Positions 39,252 to 51,400 of a DNA stretch of 64,000 nt are shown in pieces (positions within the stretch are counted from its first letter, which is position 1; every line of letters starts with the position of its first letter). Source of the stretch: Yuukianura sp. NJ FZ-2021 (taxonomy: Eukaryota); the NCBI GenBank assembly GCA_046563655.1, contig CM102290.1, positions 10,664,001 through 10,728,000 on the forward strand, in the 5' to 3' direction. The translations under genes and the position numbers were made by a program. The notes below the pieces were generated by a model that saw nothing but the letters and a program-made list of their open reading frames with translations, did not search any database and had not been told where the DNA came from.

Positions 39252-42200
39252 TTAGTATTTGCCAGGTACGCCGTAAGCAGTGGACTGGGAGTTGCCCCCT
39301 AGCCCACCTAGGAAGTCTTTGTTGGCATGGTTAGCAGCGAGAGATCCAATGGAATTGGCCACGGCCGCTCCTACCTGTGTCACGGCTCCAAAAATTCGGG
39401 CTTTTGCTGCCAGCACGTCACCCGCCGTTCGGGTAACGGAGGCCAGGACTGGTGGAGCTGATTGGACGACGGCACCTACGACCTGACCTTTAGCGTTCAG
39501 CAAACTGAGCAGAGTGGAGACTGTTCCCTGCGAAACACAAATTTTGAAAGTTAGGTTCCGCAATTTGGGGCAACGTGAAACTTGAAGTTTGAGATTCGCA
39601 GCATCAAATTTTGACGACTCCATAAGACTAAAAAACTGTGATAAGCTGGAACACAGTTGAGTTACTTTGGGAGTTACAAACATCAGGAAAAGTTGCCGTT
39701 TGAAATTCATTGCAAACAGAAAGAGAAATTTTGTAAATTTGAAAACTTAGGCTTAGACATTTCAAAGAAATGTTATAGGAGGGGCTTCGGAATTAAAAAA
39801 AAAAGTTCAGCTTTAGAAGTAACGGATTCGGAGCGCGATTTGCCGGAATGAAAAACGCTACGGTATCACGGTAGCGAAATACCGTTTCGTGTTCGGAAAA
39901 AACCGAACACCACTTTTGTACCTGAAGAATGTTGGCAGCGACACCGACAAGACTGTTGAGTAGTTGCGTTCCAAAGTTGACTGTGTTGGCAGCAGCCTGT
40001 GAGAAAACGTTGACAAAGTTGTTTGGTGTTTCTCCGACGGATCCCGAACCACCCTACAGTAAATATTAAAAAAGTTATGAGCGTGCGAAATCAATTTTTC
40101 AAAATCTGGGTGATGTTATTAAAGACATTTATTTTGGAAAATAAAAACATACATAGCCGGATGTAGATGATGAGTAGCCGCCATAACTTTGACGTTCCTG
40201 ACGCTGAACAGCTTCGTTTGTGGATGAAGCGTCAGCTTGAAGCGACGACGCAGAGGCACCGGTGAGGCCTTTCAGAAGATTCGTCTTTGTTTCCACGAGA
40301 CTCCGTGTTCCATGAGTCAAAGAGTTGGCAACACCCTATGTCGGAGAACCATTTTTTGAAAAAAAAAAATGTTAGAAAACCATTTTGCAAAAACTTTTCT
40401 AAACAGAAAATGAAATCCTGTTTGAAAACCAAAGATTTGACTCCCTCAATAAGAAATAGCCTCGGATTTAGACTTTTAGCGCCAGTTTAAAAAATTTAGG
40501 AAACGAAACAGTGTAGTGTGCACAAAATACTGCGCACACCACCACACTACCTTCACATGCAATATTAATTTAGAGTCCATACCATATTCGATCATCCATG
40601 TCTACGATTTGTGCCGCGCATTTGTGCCCATAGTGCTAAAGCCTCACGTATTTTATGATAGAACAGCACAAAACCAACGAAATCAACTAGTTTGAAATGA
40701 AACATCACGAATCGTCACTTTTGAAAAAAGAAACTAATCACATGACCCCTCAGAAGACAAATTCAAAAGGAGAAAAGGACAGTGAAAGTCAGTCAAGTAA
40801 AAAGTTTGTGCACTTGGAAAGTTTTAGTGCATTGTGCTCACATGTGCAATACGAATAGCGCTTTTGGCTCCAGTTTCGGCAGCCTCCGCTGCAGTTTCAG
40901 CCACGCCCGTCACAATGCGTGCTCCAGTGCCCAGTGCCTGCTCAGCCGCCACCCCGCTGCCCTCAAGTATCTGAATCGCTGAATTTCCAAGGTTCTTGAT
41001 ACTGGTTCCAAGCGTTTCTGAGACATCCTTCACGCCCACAGAATCAACCATACAAACAGTCACACACAAATTTAAACTTACCACACAAACGTCAATTAAG
41101 CATGTGTCATTGTGCAGTAACGTGCAAAAGTAAAAGTAGTCGAGATCGATTAGGTAAGGTAACCTAGCCAACTGCCAAGTCCGTAACGCGTTGATAGTCG
41201 CTGTCACCCTCATGCGTCGATGTTGTCGTCGTCGTCATCGAGAATGATGGGCCAGTGCCAAAAAAAGTCGTAGTTTAAAAAATTGTGCTGCTTTTGTGTC
41301 ATCGTGTCCTTGTGCCTAAAGCGAAAAGTGCAAAAAACGCGCCAACGCCCTAAATTGAATGCGTCGTCGTTTTGCCCAATCCAAAGTCAGATCATCATCA
41401 ATCGTCTCAACCAAATTAAAAACCAAACCGCCTTGAAAATTGGAAGCGAAGCAAAGTCAAGCATGCGCAAAAAAGTGTCAAATTTCAAATTAAATTTTGC
41501 AGTTGCTCTGTCAAGCAAGGTGTCACGACAAGTGTCCAGCAATTAGAGGTGTAAACTAAAAAAAATTGCTGTAAATTGTGATTAAGTTGGAATAGGTCAA
41601 TTGTGTCAAAGGTCAAAGGTTAAAATGTTGTCAAATATGTCAAGAGTGACGTATTGTCAAAAAGTTTGAGGGACTTAGGCACCTCGAGAGCCTTGGAAAT
41701 CATGGCTGAAGGATCCTTCTGCCCTACGTTCAAGTCCCCACCAGAAATACTGCGAATCCCGTTCATCTTGGAGTGCATCTCATCTTCTTCATAGTCGTCA
41801 AAAACCTACATCATACGGGAAGGGAGAATACAAAGTGTTTTAGTGCGCAAGTCAACTATAGTTACTTGTTGTTTGCTCTGGATGTGCGCAAGTCAGCTCT
41901 GACAGTTTCAGAGTTTTTCATGTGCGGAGGTCAAACTATAAAAATTTGAAGTACTTTGATGTGAATATGTCAACGTTTCACATTTTGAGCGTTTCGATGT
42001 GCAGTGCACTGGTCACACTCTGGATTACCAGAGCGTTAGTCTGAAGTGCAGAAGTCAAAAGTGAGAAACGTGCTCAAGTCAAATCTGACCAAATGGGCGT
42101 CTGTCAAATGATTCGTCTGTTGTCTGTGTGCAACAAATCGAATAACGTACAAACTTTTGTTCAATGTTTTCAATCCTCGATGTCTTCGTTTTTTCGTTCA

Positions 42201-45200
42201 TTTTCACACAAGACAAATAGACACTTGAGCACATACAACATTTATCATGCATCTCATCCCATTAGTTTCACAATTTTTGCACAGTTACTCCCTTCTTCAA
42301 ACTTTGAAGAAGACACTCATATCTCATTGTTTATCCAATTCAAAATTTAGCGCCAAGTGCAATCAGCCCAACTCTTTGCTTTTTGCTCAAAGCTTGTCGC
42401 TACAGTTGCGAAACTGCAACTTGCACATCCACAAAAAAATTTTGAGTGCTTTCATTGCTACCTACATTAACTACACAACTCTTAAAATCTGCGACAAAAA
42501 ACGTTCATTGGAAGTCTGCAAGTGCAAACATTCAAAAACGTTTTTTTATACCGCTAAGAAGTGTTGAAGTTGACAATAAAATGAGTTTAGCCCAAATCAC
42601 GCATGATGGTGAATTGAGCTGCACATGCTCATCACTTTTTTTTAAGTTTAGTTTTTTCTTTTGAAATGAAGCAATTTTGAATTTTGTATTGAGATCAACC
42701 GGAAGGAGCCGTTTTTTAACCTTGTGCGCCATTCCCACTGCCTTCGCATGCTAACATCTCACAATTTAGACGTAGGTGGGAAATTTCAAAATCAAACGTT
42801 TCCTGCCAACTCGTGAAAGAACTGTAGCAATACTTTCATGAGTAATCAATTTCTTAAACTACACTTAACGTATGCGCTAAACAACACGTAACGTTAGCGT
42901 ACGGTAACGTCTACGTTTATGTTGAGTTTTGACGTTTACAAAAACTTAACATTTAACAAATATAAGTTTACTATAAGTCCATACATAAAATTTGCACATT
43001 TAGCTAAATTTCGCCATCTTCGTAACTTAAATCGCACATAAAATTTCTTCGGCACTTTTTTTCGTGTCAAATATGGATTGAAAATGCAACTTGGAATGTG
43101 CAATACTTTTTATGCTAAAAAACGTAAATGGCGGCAACTTTTGGAAAGATATTCTCATGACCAGCCATGACTTTATTGATGCACCAACTTTTTTTTTTTG
43201 ATTTGGTAAATGATTTCAATAAGTCATAAGAACTTTGGGGCATGACATGAACAAAAGAAATTAAAGGAGAGAGGGAGATTGAGAAACTTTGGAAGTAATG
43301 GTCTAATTAGTAATTATTACATAACGCAATATGGGGGTAATTTGAGAAATTGTAAGGCGCGTTATTTTGAACAAAAAATTTGCGTTACATATCTTCATTA
43401 AATTTTGGTTTATTTTTAAATCTGAAAGCCCCGTTTGGAGAAATCTGAAGTGATTCAAAAGAAAATGTGGAATGAAAAACATGAAATTTTTTCTCCGTTG
43501 AAATTAGAGAGTTAGGGGAAAAGAAAAATTGTTGAAATTGGAACTTTAAAGTAAAAAAAATTGAAAGAATGAATGCACTTTTGTGTATGTGCCCAAAAAG
43601 TACATAAAAAATTACATAGTAGCAGTTGCATTAGTTTAAACAATACGATTTTAGGGAGGGGGAGGTGTGTCTCACTTGAACACTTGAAGCACCTTCACAC
43701 TTTCTCTTATGATGACGAATGACCCTGGACTCTCATGTGGTCATTTTTCATTGAAGTTGAAATTGAAAGATTAAGAATTCTCAAAAATTGAGGCGCATGC
43801 GCTTCTGAAATTTAATTACAAAGCAAAATTCATAATCTAATTTCAATTTTACTGTTGTAACGAAATCCAAGCTTCATAATTACATTCTACTTGGCACTTT
43901 TGAAGTAAACACAAAAAATGCATCATGTATCCTGCAAAATTAGCAAATCACAGTGATTTTGTGAGTCTTTTATTCCCCAACAAAATAATTATCTGGTGCA
44001 AATTAGCTGCTACAAAAGAGGATGTTTTTTTTGCCAAAATCCCAATGAAATGAAAAACCTGCTTTGAGCAATATTTTTGGTAGTAAGTACCTTTAAGCTG
44101 TAAAACTTTTGTTGCAACATTGGTAAGAAGTAATTGCAGTACTAATTGTAATTAGCGGAATCCTCAACGCCAGGGGAAAGGAAACTAGACAAAATCACTT
44201 CCCAAATAGTGACTAGGTTAATTACTATCCGGAAATGCATTTTTTCTTCTAAAAACAAAGCTTATGAGACCAGATTCGCATTGGGACTTATTACAAAGTT
44301 TGTGAAAAAAAACACACTCATTAAAGAAAAAAACAAGTTGAAGTAAACCTGAAGGTTGCATGCTTGTACTCTTCTAATCCAGACTTTGGAAATTTTTCGA
44401 ATATACTATATGGATGTTCATGCATTTTGAAATCAGCTGTCTGCTAACCAATCAAATCAATTAACCTGGGTACAACTATAATAATTTTGATTCACTTCAA
44501 CCAAAACGTGCAAATTTGGTACATTTTCTTTTCTTGGAATTAGTACCAAACTTTCATCAATTGAGTCATGTAATTTCCGTTATTTTGACAACGTTAAAGG
44601 TACGTACGGTCTCCTGAATTTCTAGAGTAGAAAGAGCAGTAATCGCATTGTTACCCAAGTTTGCGCATGGGCGAAACCCAAAAGCAGAGCAAAATGCACT
44701 CTGTTGGGCGTTAGGTAAAAAAAACGTAATATTTGGGGAACTCCATGCGATTGCACCTCCGCTGCCTATTAATTACGTCAACAAAAACAACACAGCCGAG
44801 AGGGAAAGTGTTGTTTGGCACAAAGGTTAATGAGGGCAACGGTTGTCTCTTCACAGTTGGGCGAAGTTATAGTTGCCCAAATGTAGTAGGAAACAGGAAG
44901 TGGGGAAGATCAGATCAACACACACGGCAAACGGATCCCTCTTTGCCTCGTGTACAAAACCGCCAATAAGTATACGTTTTCAAAGAATCAAAAAAGAAAC
45001 AAAAATTAGAGATTTTTTTAAACTTTGTTGTAGTGACCAAGCCTAAGTAACCCCCAGAATTCCCCAGAAACCTTGGCTGTTGTATCAGAATGCATGAGCA
45101 AAATGTAGCCAAGTGACTTCTGCGCAGGACTCGTTTTTTTCCTTTTCATTTCTAACTTGTATAGTTTCTCTCGGTCAAACCACTTTCAAACTTATAAACG

Positions 45201-45484
45201 TTTTCCTTTTAGCCTAACCTTACATCAGTAGAGCAGAAAACGAGGAACGCACGGCGGATGTGGTAATATTGTACTCGACGGTTAAATGGGTGGCGCAATG
45301 TTTTTGAAATTTTGAATTTTGAAAAAGTGCGGTAATTTAAAAAAAAGTAGGTACTTACGGAGGGTCCTTTGGATACATCTTCTTCTGATCCTGTCAAATG
45401 AGATTCGTCTTCTGGAATTGGATAGCCATTGGTCAGAACAAAGAGAACTGACAAGGTTACGATGGGAAACATCCAGGACTTCAT
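39252..45484 (-). CDS. Predicted secreted Ala/Gly/Ser-rich amphipathic protein (~341 aa, 6 exons, all phase 0)
   Basis: Exons 45484-45359 (signal peptide MKSWMFPIVTLSVLFVLTNG), 41805-41683, 41027-40842 (weak aag acceptor), 40335-40153, 40053-39922, 39527-39252. Every exon is a multiple of 3 and the frame is open throughout. Joining exon 1 across 3.5 kb is inferred. Confidence 0.65.
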
Positions 45485-46949
45485 TTCTACAAAATAAAAT
45501 AAAAAGTCACATTTTTGAAAGGTCATAAAATTCTGAAGTATACGTTTTGAAACGCTCGGAGTTTCCAAAAAAAATTGAAAGTTTTCCCAAATGCTTTGGT
45601 TCTTTTTGTTTGAAGTTCAGAATTTGGAATTTTAAAACAGGAAAACTTAAAATTTTTAGAGTAGCAAATTTTGTAGGTCGAAAAGATTCAGCTTGCGTTT
45701 TGAAATGCAACCTTGAATTGCGTCTGAGCAAAATTGATTTTGAAATTATTACGTCAATAAAAGGAGCATTAAGAGAGTGAAAACGTTTGTCTGCGACTTT
45801 GGCTTTTTGTTTGTTGTTATAAATTTGCGTGTTTTTAGGATCAATTTTTTGCTTTTTTTTTTTGCAGTTGAAGGGATAATAAAAACGACTTTCCATAAAA
45901 TGAAGTAAAGTAGATGAATTTGTTAAGATGAAAATTCTTTGAAGTGTGAACATACTACTGCCAATAGGCTAGTTGAGTTACCTTTGCTACCTGTTGGAAG
46001 CAATTACGAAAAGTGAAAGGTCATTTATTACACCGCTAAGATTGATACTCAAGATCCATCGTTTGTTTGTTAATTCCTCCTGTCATGCAAGACACACAAG
46101 AACAGAAATCCAATTTCAATCAAATGGACCACTGACGTAGAACAATTACTCCCTGCTGAGTTAATCACCATTTCTTGTATAACCTATTATAACACCAAAT
46201 TACATCTTAAGGTCCAAGGATTTTTCAACCTAGCCTAATCTCTCGTTTATTAACCTAACCCAATTTGCCATTTATTCGCATTACCTAATCTGTCATTTAA
46301 AAGTTAATCCAAAAATAAACTTATTTCAAATCATGGTTTAACGGTTTTGTCAAAGCCATTTCAAATTCACAAAAAAAAAAGTATGAAAATTGGTGACGAT
46401 TCTTTGGTTGCCAAAGGCATAATGCAAAACTCAAATTGAAAATCCCATTAACGTTAAGTAAAAAAAAATTGAAAATTTCTGAAAACCTAACCGCTAAACT
46501 TGCCACTTTTTGAAAGGCTAAGATTTACTGAATTTCGGAAATTTAAAGTTACTCAGATGGAGTAATTATGCTTGTTGATTGTAGAAAAAATTGAAAAAAA
46601 TGTTTTTCAAGTTGTCACGTACTTAAGCAGGAGAGGTCAACAAATGTGTAATAAGTGAACTTTCAAATGTCACCGCCGCAACTTTTGTTGTTTTTTTCTC
46701 TTACGTAAAAAATGAAGGTTAGTGATGATGCCTACACTAGGTTGAGGATAAGTCACCTACGTTTGCCGGATGACCTCAATATTAACCGTCAATACAAAGG
46801 TCAACTTGTCCAAGAAGGTCAACCGGTGAGTATCGTATGCTGTAAAGGAATCCTGGTCAAGGTTTCCCTGTTTCCATTACTTCAATTTTCCCCCTCTCTC
46901 TCATTAATCAAGGTAATTGAAGTTTACAGTCTTTTAACATCAAGCATCA

Positions 46950-48400
46950 CAAACATTGGGAATTCATTTGCAAAATGAATTGCAATGGGATGCTAATTTC
47001 TGAGTCTATTGAAAGTAGGGAGTTGAGTTTCCTGAGGCCGTGGAGTAATCGTTATGCAATCGATGCAAACATGATGCGCCCACAACCTAACAGAACATTA
47101 ACACGGGTCTCACTTTGCCCCAAGTCCCACTTCAGCCTGACTTCATCTATTGTGCAAAGTTCCCACTGGGCAGGTGATGAGACAAGTCGTTGGGAACACT
47201 AGTTATGTAATCGACCTAACATAACAATGCTTAAGATACCTAACAATGTACATGATGATGGGAATGCCTGATTAGCATGAATTCTGGTCACTGGTTCTCT
47301 GGGTTACCTGCGCATGTGCTTCGGGTCAACTGAGAACTACTGCGCAAGGCTTCAGTCCAAACCAGACCACAACTTTTTCCGAAAAGTTTCGAAATTAATT
47401 TCCTTCGTTATCATTTTTACCTTAACTTTTTTAAAAAAATATTGTGCAGTAAATTTTTCTGTATGCAAAAAATTGGAGAAAAATTTCCACCGCCAGAAAT
47501 TTGGCAAAATTCGTTACGGATGTGAAATTATTTTGTAGTCCTTTTGAAATTTGAATTAAAAAAACAGTTGAAGGGGAAAACAATGCTTTACTCCTTTCCC
47601 TACAGAAATACAGCGCCTGGTCAGCTCAATGTATGACCGTAGCTACACTGCGCAGGTCACATGCGGGACCGGTCCAAAGGTCATCGACCTCAAGCCGACT
47701 TGGATTACTTACTGTGCGTTTCTGAAAACTTCCACGAACTTTTGGACAATATGCGAATCCGGTTTCAGACGAACCGAGCTCCGGAGTAGTAGAATTCGGC
47801 GGTTAAATTTGAATTCACTTGGCTCGTTGATCCTGTTCAGAAATTCCAGGTATTTTGAAACTTCTACTGATCGAAGTTTAATATGCTGATGCTGGTTTGA
47901 TCTGAGCTGATTAGGTAACACTGAAACCCAAATCCTGAATGGGATCTTTAAGAAGTGCTCTTTGGTCCGAAGGCTACTGACGACTGACTTGGCTCCCTTC
48001 GTTTGTTACGGAAGAAAACTTGGCGTCTTTTGAAGTGGTCGAAGGTGTCGAGGAAGAAAAGTAAAAGTTGTTGAGTAAGAAATTTTTTTAAGCAAACTCT
48101 TGGACTCGCTTGTTGTTCTTTCTTGATGAGTGACTTTAACTAACTTAAGGGTTTCCACCTTGCGAGCCCCACCGTCCTTAACAGCCCCACCAGTCGAAAC
48201 CCACTTAAAGTGGAGAAAAGTGGAGGTTAGGTTATTATAACACAGGATAGACAGAATGTAGCCGAAGGCCCCTGTCAGCCCAAGCGGCTTGCTCGAGTCA
48301 CTGCCCAAGGGTCACCTCAGCGGCCTCGGAATTGAAACAAACGGCCTTCGGCTTGCTCAGTCGCAGTTGCACAGAATGAGTGAAATGACAGGGTTTTTCA
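46950..48400 (-). mobile_element. Degraded Tx1/L1-like relic
   Basis: Minus strand KPLGLTGAFGYILS (IILGGDFNCIL-like), SEFKFNRRIL (WKFN-like), then EVGLG (GGLG-like) near 47.13 kb. Confidence 0.35.
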
Positions 48401-51400
48401 ACGTTTCGTTTGAAAATCAAAGTACTTCCGTTTCAAGTCACACTAGTTTCTGCCGGGGCCTCAACTTAAACCCAAAACTACAATTGACTTGACCTTAATA
48501 ACCTTAACACTCAACCAAACACCAAAAAGTCGCCCAATTTAAGCTCTTTTTCGCAAGTGAATTTTCTGAGGAAATCCAAATTTCAAACACTCCCACTGAC
48601 CTTTGTAAGGTCGTAGTAAAAAAAAATTAACAAAATCTGGATACCGAACTGCTTAACTTTTGAATCGTTTATTCGAAGGATGAGCACACACTTCATACTA
48701 GAAAAAATCGTACATTTAGGTTAAAGTTCAAAATAAAGTATAGTTACACCTTGGGGTAACTTGCACAGGAAAGTAAAGATTTAAGATGCATTTAAGATGA
48801 TATGAGTCAAAATTGCCATAAATCATAAATATGTGATGTTAGCAATAAATTGCAAGATCTATTGAAATAAATTTGCCCTAATTGAAAACCGGAGACTGCG
48901 GTAGGCCCAATGCGGAAACTTTTTTGAGCATTTACAATTTCAATAAATTTTTATTTGTAACGAGGTTGAGCCGTTGTGTAACGGCGTTGGAGACTCAACT
49001 ATAAGTTTTGTGGACTTAACGACAGGTCATCCATAATGATTGTAAGTTTAACAATAGTTTATATTGTTATATTTTGCGATGTTCGTAGACTTTTCGCAAT
49101 ATCTTTTTCCAAATCGCGAATGAAGTTTAAACTGCGGAAATTAGCGTAAGAAATATTAAGAAACGTGAGACAAGAGCCAAGGGCTTTCCCTCGCTCAAAA
49201 TACACGCGATTCATAGGCCCCAATTCGCACAACCTAATGAAAAAAAAATACATCAACAACATTTAACATAATATTTATAATTTCAAAAAAAAAATCAAGT
49301 ATTTGGAAACTTTTTTGTCTTACAAATTTTGATAAAATTTATTTCCAAATTTTAAAATTTCGTTACGTATGCTACCTTCAATCACCCTGCTAGGATAACA
49401 TGAGAAATTATGCAAAATGTGGTTTATGAATTTTGATTCATTTTTGATTTCCGTTGTTTATCATCAAATCAAATATTAAAATTTGAAAACTTTCAAAAGA
49501 AAACGCAGATGAAAAACGTTAAGGTTGTGAAGCATTGAAATAGAAAATTGGAGAACTAAAGCCTAACGCACATTCAAACTTTACATTACCTTTTTTTTTA
49601 TTATAACAGAGAAAATGGAAATCTGAGCCAAATTGCGCTTGTGCAAGGTACTAATTACACTTTGGCATTTACTTTTGCTTATTTTTGTTCAATTTAATTA
49701 ACAAACTCAATTAGTCTCAAGTAACACTTTGAGTATCTCTTACTTTAACGAGAAATGAAAACTTTAAGGCAAGAGTTTAAAACAAACGACGAAATTTCCG
49801 CTCTCGAGCTCCTTTAAACCTAAAATTTTACGCGTATGTCCATTTTTCGAAAAAGGTGGCGTAGCACTACGCATGACAGCTCTGACATAACTAGTCGTGT
49901 TATGACTGAGAGGCACAAATGAGGTCACAGACTCCTTTACCATTTGGACCAATTTGCTTAAACTCCTTTCTATTTCAGGTTAGGTTAACTTAAGGATAGG
50001 CATCTTGTACCCCATGGACCAGAAGACAATGAAGTCTAGGATTAATTGTTATTTGAGAAGCAGTAGGCTGTAACTCTTACTGCGCAAGCGCAACTGCACT
50101 TATGCGTGTCAAATGTACATTACCATTTAGCAAGCAACTGGTTAGGTGAAGGGAGAGAGAGAAGGAGAGAGCTTTCAATTAATAATTAACTTTTAACTTC
50201 ATCTTTAATCGACTTTTTATGGTTTATCTGATTTGGTGAAAAGATCACAGGCACTTCGGCCGCTACTACAAATTTGGCAAATTTTTGCCAAAAAAAAACC
50301 ACAACAATCGACAGGGGTGAAAATTTTGTGGTATTTGTGGTGTACTATGGCGTATTGTACAAAAAAAAACTTCTGTTAAGTATACTCGATGTACTTTGAA
50401 AAACTGGATCTGCGCAAAGCGATCCAATTGAATCTGCGCAGGTCAAACCACTTTGCACTTTGTAAGTTGTATAAAATGGTGGTAAAACGTAAGTGGGAAG
50501 TGAAACTTTTCGGTTAAAATAAAAGTAAGGTAATTGTGGTGTCTAAAAAGTTGTTTCGAAGAAAACTTAAAACAAATGGTCTTATTTTACAAAAAAAAAT
50601 TATATCATGAAAAATACAGCGAATGAATATTAACATAAATATGAAATATTTTTTTAACAAACTTTTCTTGTACTTTGTGACACTGTTGGTGGAAAAGTGA
50701 GTTACAATTGAGCTAAACATTAACTATAAATTAAGTTTTATTGTTAATGTTTCGGAAGGAGTCGTTTTACAGTGTTTATTTGACATGCGTGTCCCTCCTT
50801 AAACTAATACGTGACCCATCTTCTGTCTTATGTCAAACGAAATGGTGGGTTTCCATGCCTAAAGTGACAAGAAAATGGGATACGTGGACTTGTGCACGTA
50901 TGCAATTGATAATAATTTCACTCGATTCTTGCAATGAGTAATTTGGTTGCTATGGCTCACTGCATAGCAACCGGAATTTACATGTTCTTTTGACCACTAA
51001 CACAACAATGAGAATTGTGGAAATTACGAATTAACAAGTTAATAGTTACTTCCTTAGTACTAGTAGAGTGATTCATTGCAAGATCCGTCCTCTCTCTGTA
51101 CTGCCACTGCCTTTGTAATGTTGTTGGAAATTGTTCAACTTTTCTCACTTTTCTTTTCACCCAGAATATTTTAATGTAAAATATTTAAAAACACTAAAAC
51201 ATAGTGTAAAATGAAACATGACAAACTTGTACGACGGGGTGATCCTTTGCATGAATTTTTTTTAGCTGAAAACGTTTCAATTTGATCTGTCAGCAGTGTG
51301 TCATAAAATAAGCCGACAGAAGAACAAGAACAAATTTCGAAAAATTTCCACTCAATTTTCTTCTTTGGAGTTGAGTGATTCATATGCGGCTTTAAAAATT

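Noticed and set aside
41165..41320. GC-richer segment in intron 2 of the secreted-protein gene that looks exon-like
   Set aside because: All frames from the candidate acceptor hit stops before a usable donor.
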